Part shown: piece by piece, positions 1 to 10,742 of the stretch
Layout of the letters: each line of letters begins with the position of its first letter
Position numbering within the stretch: position 1 is the first letter of the stretch
Assembly (NCBI GenBank): GCA_951406725.2
Contig: OX597833.1
Location: forward strand, 18,848,001 to 18,912,000
Length of the DNA: 64,000 nt
Direction of reading: 5' to 3'
Source of the DNA: Octopus vulgaris
Lineage: Eukaryota
Notes under the pieces: model-generated
What the model was told of the DNA's origin: nothing
Seen by the model: the letters and a program-made list of their open reading frames with translations, nothing else
Database searches by the model: none
Position numbers and translations under genes: made by a program

Positions 1-330
1 GAAGTAATAATCCAAGGAGGCTAGGCCCAGACTATATGTTGGGTGTGGTATCAGTTCGATTCCCTCAACTCCCTGAAGTTTATTCCAGGTTGTTTGAACA
101 ATGAGATCTTGCCGCAGAAAAGCTTGATGTCTGTTAATCAATGCTGGGTATTTTTGATGCACAATGGCATACATCTGCTCCAGCTATTCAGTATACAAGT
201 TGGCATTGATGCTTTGACTGTCCAGAAAGCATTTGTAGTGAATTATCCCCTCATAATTCCCCCAGGCACAGCATCGCCTTCTATTTAAAATGCTTGTGTT
301 TGGCAACAGGCCCTGGAAGTTGACTCTTGC
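1..330 (-). mobile_element. Degenerate mariner transposase fragment
   Basis: Minus-strand translation near the window start reads LIPHPTYSLGLASLDYYF, a decayed mariner HPPYSPDLAPSDYHLF motif. Truncated by the window edge. Confidence 0.7.
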
Positions 331-542
331 TTAATCACTGGTTTTGCATGTTAGAATTGTGGAAAAATATCTCACTTGGATAATAACTTGTTCTGATCTA
401 TGGCTCTCATTCTGCACTTATGACACTTCATCAACCGAGAAATAGAAACGTTAGTGAAGGATTCTTCATCTTGAAGGACAAAAGCTAGTATCAGCATGAT
501 ACTAGAAGTGTTGTGAGTGTAAGAAGTGAGCTATGGATCAGT

Positions 543-785
543 CATCATCATTATTTAATGTCCGCTTTCCATGCTAGCATGGGTTGGACGATTTTGACTG
601 AGGGCTGATGAACCAGATGGAGGCACCAGGCTCCAATCTGATCTGGCAGAGTTTCTACAGCTGGATGACCTTCCTAACGCCAACCGCTCTAAGAGTGTAG
701 TGGATGCTTTTATGTGCCACCGGTACAAAGGCCAGTCAGGCGGTACTGGCAACGGCCATGCTCAAATGGTGTTTTTTATGTGCAG
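543..785 (-). mobile_element. SINE-like repeat family B ((GAT)n-tailed)
   Basis: Carries the recurrent block CATCATT..TAATGTCCGCTTTCCATGCTAGCATGGGTTGGACG, found more than 10 times in the window. Confidence 0.85.
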
Positions 786-829
786 TACAAGTAGTAAGTG
801 GTTCAGCAACTGCTTTAATCCCCAGTGTT

Positions 830-1540
830 GTAGGAGATGTATCAGAAAACTTCATCCTGATTGAAAACCATGCTGGATGTTACTCAGCAAGTCACTTTCT
901 TTAAGGAACACGATTAGTTTCCTTCTGACAATTTGTTCCATGACATAACTAATCTGTGAGGTCAGAGGGATAAGCCTATAATTTTTAGCGTCTGCACTGC
1001 TTCCGCCTTTATGAAGGGGGCATATTATATTTTCCTTTAACTTGCCACTTGCAAGATAGCTTCGGAAAGAGACTACAATAGTTTTACTGGGTTTTCAGAA
1101 GGATTGCTGGGAAGCCATTAGGACCAGTAACTGAGCTGAGGCTTATTTCATCTTTGGCCAGTATTACATCATTATCTTTTATGCTGATATAATTAATAAA
1201 CGACTGCCTCGCTATGTGCAGATGTAGTGGCAAAGTATTCACCTGGTTTGTCCATTTTCATGTGCAAATGGACAAGCATTTCAAAGAACATCTGCAACTA
1301 AGGCCATTTCTGTAGCAAATTTGAAGAATGCTTTAGGGTTTGTTTTTAAATTTTCAATGATCAGATTTTTGGTTTCAAACTAAATTTTCCTGAAGCAGGA
1401 TATAACAGGCATTTCATGGACTGGCAGGAGGTCAAAAGCCTTTTGAGATCATATAAGATAAACAAGAATTACTGGGAGAAGTGTGCAGATGACTGAACAT
1501 GACATCACTTCAAGATAGGTTTATGACATTTTGAAGAACA
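830..1540 (-). mobile_element. CR1/L2-type LINE reverse transcriptase fragment, degenerate
   Basis: Minus strand reads IICPLHKGGSSADAKNYRLIPLTSQISYVMEQIVRRKLIVFLKESDLLSNIQHGFQSG*, matching the PIHKGG..NYRPISLTS..QHGF motifs at the start of the RT domain. Confidence 0.85.
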
Positions 1541-1676
1541 TCATCAAAGAAATGAAAAGGATACAACAAAAAACCCATCAATTCCAAACAAGGCCTTCAC
1601 TGACCATCGATGGCACTGACATAAATCAGGAACAATGAAAGAAACAACGGAAACTAAGAAGAAGGAGACGAGTATA

Positions 1677-2916
1677 CAGGGTGCATAAGATATTTGTGGA
1701 CATTTTTTGGGGTCATTGCTGCATTTTTTGCTCACTCTGTATAATCTTTGTTTCAGAAAATAATAATGGCAGACCCTCAGCTTACTCAAGAAATGAAGAG
1801 GCATGCTGTAACTGTGGTTATAGAGGCTGAGCATAGCGATTTAGAACTATTTAAAAAAAAATTTGCCAGATCTTTCGTCTACAAAGTTTGTAAGGAGCTA
1901 CAGACCGAAAATGGAAATGTACCACCAGTATCAAAGCATAAAAAGCATTCTAAACGCTCTGAAATCATCAGAACACCTGAATTTATCCAGCAAGTTCAAC
2001 AGACCATTGATTACAATCCCAGAAAGTCCATGAGATCAATTGCAAAAGATCTCCATATGTCAGAAGGAACAATCATAAATATCTTCCACGAAGACATCAG
2101 ATATGTCTTATATGACGAGGAATGGTCAATTTGTCAGAAAAAGCAAAAGAATATCACTACATCAGATCTAAAAGGCTCTTAAACAAACTGAAAAATCCAA
2201 CAGAAGGAGATTAGATTTGGTTTTACTCAAAACGAGAAAAACATCGACCAAGATCAAAAAAGTTAACAGAAGAAATGGTAAATGGTTATATGCAGACCCT
2301 GCTGAAGTCCCAAGTGTTATGCATACAAAATTTCCTGCAATTGTCATGGTTTTAGGAGTTGTCAGCAATGAAGGACATGTGATGTTTCTTTACTTCTTTC
2401 CACAAGGCCTTAGAGTTAACTCTGCTGCCTACATTGAGGTCCTGGAACTTAAGCCCTAGATAGACAGTGGAAAGCCATATGTGTTTCAGTAAGACTCTGC
2501 ATTATCACACATGGCTCTTGTAACACAGGAATGAATGGCTGAAAATTTTCATGATCACATAACCCCTAATATTTGGCTTCCTAATTCTTCAGATCTCAAT
2601 CCATTGGACTATTACATGTGGAGCATTGTTGAAAGTGAGGTCAACGAACATGCCCGTAACACTAAAGATTCTTTGAAAGCTGCCATAGTGAGAGTAATAT
2701 CCAAATTGAACTAGGACCACTTGATTCGAGCATGTAGATGATTTAGATCTCATATAGAAGCAATTGTTGAAGCTGAAGGTGGCTTTATTGAATAAAATTA
2801 TAGAAAAGAAGGTTTATTTTTATCCTCATAGCATTTTTTAATAAATAAAGTTATCATCTGTTATATATCTGTTTTTTATAAACATAAATCTGTCCTCAAA
2901 TATCTTACACACCCTG
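1677..2916 (+). mobile_element. Full-length, inactive Tc1/mariner element of the DD37D (maT) family
   Basis: 26-bp TIRs CAGGGTGCATAAGATATTTGTGGACA / TGTCCTCAAATATCTTACACACCCTG (3 mismatches), flanked by TA at 1675-76 and 2917-18. HTH region in ORF 1748-2182. Catalytic region VFQ*DSA..(37 aa)..DLNPLDYYMW carries stops and frameshifts. Confidence 0.93.
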
Positions 2917-3704
2917 TACATATATATATATATAACAAGCTAAGGAAAAGAATTCCTTCAAGGGGGTGTGTAAAACATCCAATTCACTGGTATGTTAGTT
3001 GAGTACCACATAAATTGGGGTATAATGCAAGTTACAAACAATAAATTAAATGGAGAGATTCTATTGTCAATCTAATATTTTATTTATATTATAATATAAC
3101 ATAATATACTATGGATATGATATAAGATAACATAAAAAATTATATGAAGTTTTGTATAGAAAGAAATTACTTTTTTTTAGGGATGTCTTATCTTCTATAC
3201 AATTCAAATCATTTGCATTATTGTTAATATTATCATTTTTATTTCCTACACTGAAGTAGGAAGTAATTAGTCGGGCAAAATCTTTTAGCATTGGGGACAA
3301 GAGATGTGACTTATGCATAGAAGAAATTTTCCAGATCACAAATTAATCAACAATAAGAGAGGAAGAGGATTTTGCCGCCCACACAAAATTAAATAGACAC
3401 TATACAAACATGCGTCTAATGATCCAAATAATACAATTAGATAGGCATTATTTGAATAAACCAATATCTAGACTTAATGATGCCAGAATAATAATCCAGT
3501 TGGAAGAATACAAATTATAACCCATACTTCAACTGATATACCCAAATAAATAAATTAACAATTATATTAATTAGTTACAGGATAGAGAACTTATATTCAT
3601 AACAGAAATATATGAGGGATTGATGCTAGATATGTCGAAACAATTGTGATTAATAATTCTCATATAATCCATTTTCCACCTTTCATATACCATATATATA
3701 TATA

Positions 3705-4445
3705 TAGTTGCAATTTACAGAAGAACAAAAGATGAAGATGGGTGTATGAACAACAAGCAGGTGCATTAGTTTGACGCTCGGGAAAGAGAAAATCTTTTAT
3801 GTTTCGAGCCTATGCTCTTCTACAGAAAGGAATAAGAGAAAATAAAGAGAGAGAGAATAAAAAAAACTTGTGGATTTAGCAATCAAGCATGGTGGCTGGT
3901 TGGGAAAAAATGGTTTGACAGGAGAGGTAGAAAGAAGGGGAGATAATAAAGTATTGGTGATCCTAAAATAGTGCACATGCATGTGTGTGTGTGTGTGGAT
4001 AGGGGCTAGTGACATTGATATGTGGATGTATGTGTGTGTCTGTTATGTGTGGTGTGCATGCTGGGAAGTGGTCATTGCTAGTGCATGGAGTGGTGTAGGG
4101 GTTGCATATGTGGGAGTGGGGTGTGGGTGGAGGTGGTATCAATGAAGAGAGGAAGTAGGTGTCAGACAAAGAAAAGGGGAATTGAGTCCATATGGCTCAA
4201 AGGAGCAATGAGAGAAGATTAATTCCTGTTCACGGTGAAGTCAGGAGTTCAGATGGCACCTGTACAAAGACAATCCAAAGACAGACAGGTGTTGTAATGA
4301 ATTGCTGAAAGAGTGGAAATGGCATGTGACCTGGATGTCATTGCCAAGTCTAATGTCTCGGAGACGCTTCACAAACAGGTCAGTTGAGCGGCGTCCCATT
4401 TGACCGATATACAGAGAAGGGCTGAAAGAGCAGGAGATGCATGTA
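3705..4445 (-). mobile_element. Penelope-like element 3' part (GIY-YIG endonuclease remnant plus terminal region)
   Basis: CISCSFSPSLYIGQMGRRSTDLFVKRLRDI..VTCHF resembles the Penelope GIY-YIG domain (C..C..YIGETGR.L..RF.EH..DI..VA.HF). A hammerhead-like motif follows at 3794-3829. Confidence 0.8.
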
Positions 4446-4705
4446 TACATATGTATAGATTTAATAAATTTTAAATAAACATTCCATGATAAAATTAAAA
4501 TAAACGTAGGAGAATATCTTAAACCAATTTCTAGACTTAATGATTCCAGAATAATAAGCGATTTAGAAGAATACACATTATAACCCTTACTATCAGCAAT
4601 ATACCTAAATAAATAAATTAGCAATTATATTAAGTAATTATGGCATTCATTACGAAATATATTCATTTGAAATATATGTATAGATATATATATGCATATA
4701 TATAT

Positions 4706-4707
<2 letters not shown>

Positions 4708-4737
<30 letters not shown>

Positions 4738-5174
4738 TTAGCGTCCGTTCTCCATGCTAGCATGGGTTGGACGGTTCAACTGGGGTCTGTGAAGCTGGAA
4801 GGCTTCATCAGGCCCAGTCAGATCTGGCAGTGTTTCTACGGCTGGATGCCCTTCCTAACGCCAACCACTCCGTGAGTGTAGTGGGTGCTTTTTACGTGCC
4901 ACCCGCACAGGTTCCAGACAGAGCTGGCAAACGGCCACGAACGGATGGTGCTTTTACGTGTCACCGGAACGGGGCCAGGCGAGGCTGGCAACGGACACGA
5001 ACGGATGGTGCTTTTACGTGCCACCAACACGGGGGCCAGACAGAGCTGGCAAATGGCCACGAAACGGATGGTGCTTTTACGTGTCACCGGCACGGGGGCC
5101 AGGCGAGACTGGCAACGGACACGAACGGATGGTGCTTTTACGTGCCACCAACAAGGGGGCCAGACAGAGCTGGC
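4708..5174 (-). mobile_element. SINE-like family B copy with internal tandem array of about 59-bp GC-rich units
   Basis: (CAT)n tail at 4708-4737. About five repeats of GGTGCTTTTACGTG[CT]CACC..GGCCAG..TGGCAA. CpGs retained, so a young copy. Confidence 0.9.
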
Positions 5175-5260
5175 ATAATAATTATAATAGTATTAGGGAG
5201 TATAACTTCAAACTTTCAGGGAAAATTCAATTTAGTATTAAATCAAATTTCACAGTATAA

Positions 5261-5450
5261 ATATATAAAATATAAATTAGAGGTAAAACCACTATTATGC
5301 AACTCAAACAGTGATAGACATGGTGAGATCTAGTTATAAGTTATATGTTTTATAAAAATATATCTTATTTGTCATTTATATTTTGGTTTATGTCTATCAC
5401 TGTTTGAGTTGCATAATAGTGGTTTTATCTCTAATTTATATTTTATATAT
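5261..5450. repeat. Fold-back inverted repeat with 61-bp arms
   Basis: 5261-5321 is the reverse complement of 5390-5450 with one mismatch; 68-nt spacer. Confidence 0.9.
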
Positions 5451-5911
5451 ATATGTATATATCTGTATGTATGTATGTAGAAGAGTGTCAGCTATGTGTG
5501 TGTGTACATGTCTGTCGTTCTCTGGACCATATCTGACTGCAAGTAGACGTTACATTCGATGCTTGACCGAACAGAGAACCATTCTACAAAAATTCACACG
5601 ATCTAGATGTTTTCTCAAACTAAAACAAACGAGCTATTTCGTTGCCGCCCTCGGTCTAGGAAAATGATAAACGTGCTCCAGCATGGCCGCAATCAAATGA
5701 CTGAAACCACTGAAAGAATAAGAGAATATACCTACAGACAGGCGATAGCCTTAAGCCAAAGCTGGCACCGACCCATGGGAGGTAACTCTTTTTTCTCTCT
5801 CTCACCCGGAAAATGTTATCATTTTTTCACTATATTTTCGTTCCGATACGTTTTAGTATCACCGAACCAACCATCACTGCGTGTGTGTGTGTGTGTATGT
5901 GTATATACACA

Positions 5912-6147
5912 AATGCCACTAAATTCGACTAGGGTGTTAGGAAACACTACATTACTAGAAATAAGAACTAAACTACTCTAATGTTGTCGTTAACGAGAAT
6001 TCTCGATCAGCACTTTTCGGACGATTATGGTCCCGGCAAGCGTATACATTTCCATTCATGTGTGTGAACCGCAGCATTAATGCGGTTTAGCTCTCATTTC
6101 TAGCAATGGGGTCGTTTCCTAACACCCCAGTCACATTTAGTGACATT
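5912..6147. mobile_element. Putative MITE with about 33-bp imperfect TIRs
   Basis: AATGCCACTAAATTCGACTAGGGTGTTAGGAAAC versus GTTTCCTAACACCCCAGTCACATTTAGTGACATT. Confidence 0.6.
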
Positions 6148-6429
6148 CGTAATTCTCCTTTTCGGTAAAACATTGAAAACTGGTGTTTATACTAATTTTA
6201 TATATGTGCATATATACACATACATACACCTACATAAAAGAAGCCGACGTGTCTCAAGAGTCATCAATATATTGTGCGATGGTTAGCGCGGAACCATCTG
6301 TAATATTCTGACCCGTTACGTTCCATAACAAGTAATATACCGCTCGACTATACTGTTAAGCACTCTATAGTTGCGAAAGCAAATGCCACTCCATGACAGG
6401 CCAAAACAAATTTCTTACATATATATATA

Positions 6430-6827
6430 TCTTTATATATAAAAGTGAAGTTGTGTGTCTGTCTCCTACGATTTAGATTCCTAACTACTCCCACATTTTG
6501 CGGTGCAGTTTAACCAAAACCTGGTATCTTATAGTCGTGATTCATATCGAGCCCTTCTGGGTATTAGCGCGCGTCTACGATGAGTCTACGATTTAAAAAA
6601 AAAATTACAATAATTTTTTTCCATTTTAATGCATTTTTTCGCTATTATATAAGGGAAGTAACTCTCTAAAAATGTCTACGATGAATCAACGATTTAAAAA
6701 AAAATTTACCATAATTTTTTTTCCATTTTTAATGCATTTTTTTACTATTTTTTGGCTATAACACTCTAAAAATGCTTATATAGTTATTTCCCTTACAAGC
6801 CCGAGCAACGCCGGACAATACTGCTAG
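6430..6827 (+). mobile_element. Non-autonomous Helitron
   Basis: Starts with TC after A and ends CTAG before T, with a subterminal GC hairpin (CCCGAGCAACGCCGG). No TSD. Confidence 0.85.
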
Positions 6828-6840
6828 TGTATATATATAT

Positions 6841-7210
6841 TTCTTTACTACTCACAAGGGGCTAAACACAGAGGGGACAAACAAGGACAGACAAAGGGAT
6901 TAAGTCGACTACATCGACTCCAGTGCGTAAATGGTACTTAATTTATCGACCCCAAAAGGATGAAAGGCAAAGTTGACCTCGGCGGAATTTGAACTCAGAA
7001 CATAACGGCAGACGAAGGAGGCTACTTCACAAAACTGTTTGCACGCCAGGCAAAATGATAAGCGGCATTTCGTCTGTCTCCATGTTCTGAGGTTCAAATT
7101 CCACCGAGGTCGGCGATTTTGACTTTCATGCAGTCAAGGTCGATAAAATAAGTACCACTTGAGCTGTGAAGGTCGATGTAACCGACTTACCCCTTCCACG
7201 GAATTGCTAG
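6841..7210. mobile_element. SINE family C fragments in both orientations (core resembling Deu/Nin SINEs)
   Basis: Core GCCTTTCATCCTTT.GGGGTCGATAAATTAAGTACCA recurs throughout the window. The Deu/Nin assignment is from memory and has not been searched. Confidence 0.75.
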
Positions 7211-7221
7211 TCCTGTGCCAA

Positions 7222-8005
7222 AGCGTGGCTGTGCGGTAGGAAACTTGCTTTCCAACCACATGGCTCCGGGTTCAGTCCGATTGCGTGGCACCTTGGGCAA
7301 GTGTCTTCTACTGTAGCCTTAGGCCGACCAAGGCGGCAATCTTTCGTCTCTAGTAGACCTTTCCGTCGATTTCCGTAAATTTTTTTTTTTTTTTTTACAT
7401 ATGGGCTTGCGGGAACTTTTGAAGTAATGAGAGCGAAAGAGACTAAGAGAAAGCGATTGTATGACGAGGGAAGTTCTCTTGAAGTTACCGTGCATGTGAA
7501 GCATTGATGTACATGTGTGTGTGTGTGTGTGTTTGATGGGGTGTGGGAGACAGACAGTATGTTGTGTAAGTGAAGTGCTTCTGTTAGTGTGTGTGAAGAG
7601 ACAGAGTAATGTGTGAAAGAAAGAGATAACTGAAATTTTTTTACTCGGTGTATGTGTATATGTATGTATATTACTTCAAAAGTTCCCGCAAGCCCATAAG
7701 TAAAAAAAAAAATTTTTTTTACGGAAATCGATGGAAAGGTCTTCTTGAGACGAAAGATCGCCATATATATGTATATGTATGTATGTATGTGTGTGTGTGT
7801 GTGTTCCCTATCACCGTTTGACAACAGGTGTTGGTGTATTTACATCGCCGTAACCTAGCGGTTCGGCGAAAAGTAACCGGTAGAATAAGTACTAGGCGTA
7901 AAAAAAAAAAGTTCTACGGTCGATTCATTCGACTAAAACCATTTTCAAGTCGGTGCTCCAGCATGGCTGCCGTCAAATGGTGGAAACAGATTAAAAGAAT
8001 AAAGG
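7222..8005 (+). mobile_element. tRNA-derived SINE family A, interrupted by a MITE
   Basis: A box TGGCTGTGCGG, B box GGTTCAGTCC and GGCACCTTGGGCAAGTG core. The 3' half resumes after 7762. Confidence 0.85.
7335..7762. mobile_element. MITE with about 95-bp terminal inverted repeats
   Basis: 7335-7428 (GGCAATCTTTCGTCTC...TTTTGAAGTAAT) is the reverse complement of 7670-7762 (ATTACTTCAAAA...GAGACGAAAGATCGCC). Confidence 0.85.
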
Positions 8006-8934
8006 AATACACACGTGTTCTAAATAATTCCCTCACCCCCAGCGCTTGGCTGCATAAAATATTAATATTGGTTTGTTAAAACTATTTAGACCAGTACTTT
8101 ATAGTTCATTCATATACGTTCGAAAAAGCCTTACAATATTCTTAGCTATACTCCTAATTTTTTTACAAATTTTTGGACCATATTATTGCTGGTAGAACTA
8201 GAGGCCTCTCCGTGAGAAAACATGCATTCCGTCCACTTGGTTATTATAAGTAGTTTAACACCAAGCTGGTTTCTATAGGCAGAGATTCATGATTAAAGAA
8301 AACTCCATCTCGTTTTATTTGTTTATTTATTCACACAAGGTATATTCCGATCTACATAATTCAATGTGTCTGCTTTAAGAAGGTAGTGTGTGGGCTGAAT
8401 AAAACTTGGAAGCTGTTTCTAACAACAGAATGATGTGTTGTTTAGTTTTAGGTCAGCCCTGGGTTGTGATCAGATCTATTACATCCACAACGATAATAAT
8501 TTTTTTTTATCAGACAAGTGTAACACAGGCAACATTATTCGACGTGTCCCTAAATATGCTAGAGAAATTATTGTATTTCTTACAGGTCGATATGACCACG
8601 TTTAGTCTGTTTAGCTTGATGTGCCATTTCGACTGGAAAATGCTGGGGTTTTTAAAAAAAATTAACAATAAAAATATAATTCGACTTAAAGAAATACAAT
8701 CACAGTAAGCTTTGAAAATCAATTAAATGTCTTTAAGAGCCCAAATGAATTTCTAACTTTAGATCAAATTTCTTATTTGTATTTGAAGACTGTGTTTTAA
8801 AAATTAAATGAACCTGTAAAATGTCTACTAATCTGAACCCGAAGGAAATTTCTTCTCAGAGTGAAATTTGGGGAACCCAGTCTTTAAAATTGCTTTTTAT
8901 TTCTCAATCACCATTCACACTGTTTTAGTAGATA

Positions 8935-9324
8935 CTAGCAGTATCGCCCGGCGTTGCTCGGGTTTGTAAGGGAAATAACTATACAAGCATTTTTAGAGAG
9001 TTATAGCCAAAAAATAGCAAAAAAATGGAAAAAAATGATGGTAATTTTTTTTTAAATCGTTGACTCATCGTAGACATTTTTAGAGAGTTACTTCCCTTAT
9101 ATAATAGCGAAAAAATGCATTAAAAATGGAAAAAAATTATGGTAAATTATTTTTAAAATCGTAGACTCATCGTAGACGCGCGCTAATACCCAGAAGGGCT
9201 CGATATGAATCACGACTATAAGATACCCGGTTTTGGTTAAACTGCACCGCAAAATGTGGGAGTAGTTAGGAATCTAAATCGTAGGAGACAGACAGACACA
9301 CAACTTCTCTTTTATATATAAAGA
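8935..9324 (-). mobile_element. Non-autonomous Helitron, second copy of 6430-6827 in inverted orientation
   Basis: Reverse complement begins TCTTTATATATAAAAG and ends CCCGAGCAACGCCGGGCGATACTGCTAG; near-identical to the first copy. Confidence 0.88.
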
Positions 9325-9785
9325 TATTTCCCTTAATGTTGCTTTTAAGGGTGATGATTTTAAATATTAAGGGTATTATGTAAATTACATTGTGTAATTC
9401 AACATAACGTTTTACCTCACATATCAGGATTGTAACCTGGTAAAAATTGGGGGAAGGAAACACGGAAGGAGGGGAAAAAGAAATAGTTATGTCACACAGG
9501 ACAACCATTCATCTTATCCACCTGTCTAGTCATTTTTTTTCCCTATTCTTCATATCCACCCGCCTACATTTAATGTTTCTACCAAACCAATTATTTACTT
9601 ATATACATACAATAAACATCCAACTACATTATTTTGTCTCCTGTTCGTCTTAACACGCATACACGTGTATAAACGTACATATGTACGTGTAATATACACA
9701 CGTATGTTATACATACGTGTACGCGTCGGCGTGTAATGCTTATCTACCGAAAATCTATCTTTCTTCGTGTGTGTGTGTGTGTGCG

Positions 9786-10235
9786 TCTCTCTCTCTCTCT
9801 CTCTTTATTTCTCTTATTCTTTCTATTGTTCTCACTGTATTGATTTCTCTCTCTACTATTCTTTTTTTCTTCATCACCCTCTCTCTCTACTGATATCTCT
9901 CTCTCTCTCTCTCTTTCTACTGAGCTCTTTCTCTTTCTACTGAGCTCTCTCTCTCTTTCTACTGATCTCTCTCTCTCTTTCTCTCTACTGATCTCCTTCT
10001 CTCTACCGATCTCTCTCTCTCTTTCTCTACAGATCTCTCTCTCTTTCTCTACCTATCTCTCCCTCTCTTTCTCTACTCATCTCTCTCTCTCTCTCTATAT
10101 ATATATATACCGATCTCTCTCTCTGTCTCTACTAATCTCTCTCTCTCTCTACTGATCTCTCTATCTCTACTGATTTCTCTCTCTCACTCTACTGATCTCT
10201 CTCTCTCTCTCTACTGATTTCTCACTCTCTCTCTC
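9786..10235. repeat. (CT)n-based compound minisatellite with recurring CTACTGAT spacer
   Basis: Direct inspection of the sequence. Confidence 0.9.
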
Positions 10236-10279
10236 CCCCCACGTCTATCTCTACCTCCGTCTGCACGCATGTTATTTGT

Positions 10280-10742
10280 GTATGCGCGCGCATCCCTGTT
10301 TGCCAATGGAGTGATTAACTTTTAAACTATGTATTGATCTGACATGATGGGTTATTTTCTCTAAATCGGCAACAGGGAAATCCTGCATCATCAATTATAA
10401 TAATTGACCTGAAGAGTATAGTTTAAAAAAAAACCCCACACGATCTCAAATAACGGACACAGTCCTAGCTATCCATCCATCTATCAATCTACCTACCTAT
10501 CATTCAATCTACCATTTATGTTTTTATTTTGATCAATAAAATAATAAATAAAAAGATATTGTACTATTATTGGATATTAATAAATAGAAATGTTTCTCGT
10601 TGTTGGCAAATAGCTTTGTCACCTTCGAATGCCACGGCTTCGAATAAGCCAGCAACTCCATCTGGAAACTGGAAAATGGCGAGATTTTCAATTTTTTTCC
10701 ACTGATCCTTGTCACATCAATCACAAGAATGTTTAGGTAAGT
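10280..10742 (+). promoter_or_regulatory. Candidate promoter and first exon of an unidentified + strand transcript
   Basis: Repeat-free, CpG-retaining DNA. TGCGCGCGCA at 10283, CCAAT at 10303, YY1-type AAAATGGCG at 10673 and a consensus donor TAG|GTAAGT at 10736/10737. Confidence 0.5.

Noticed and set aside
4767-5333. 188-aa ORF with internal repeats, and a CRISPR-like look to the array
   Set aside because: Tandem units of a dispersed retroposon without unique spacers; eukaryotic context and no cas genes.
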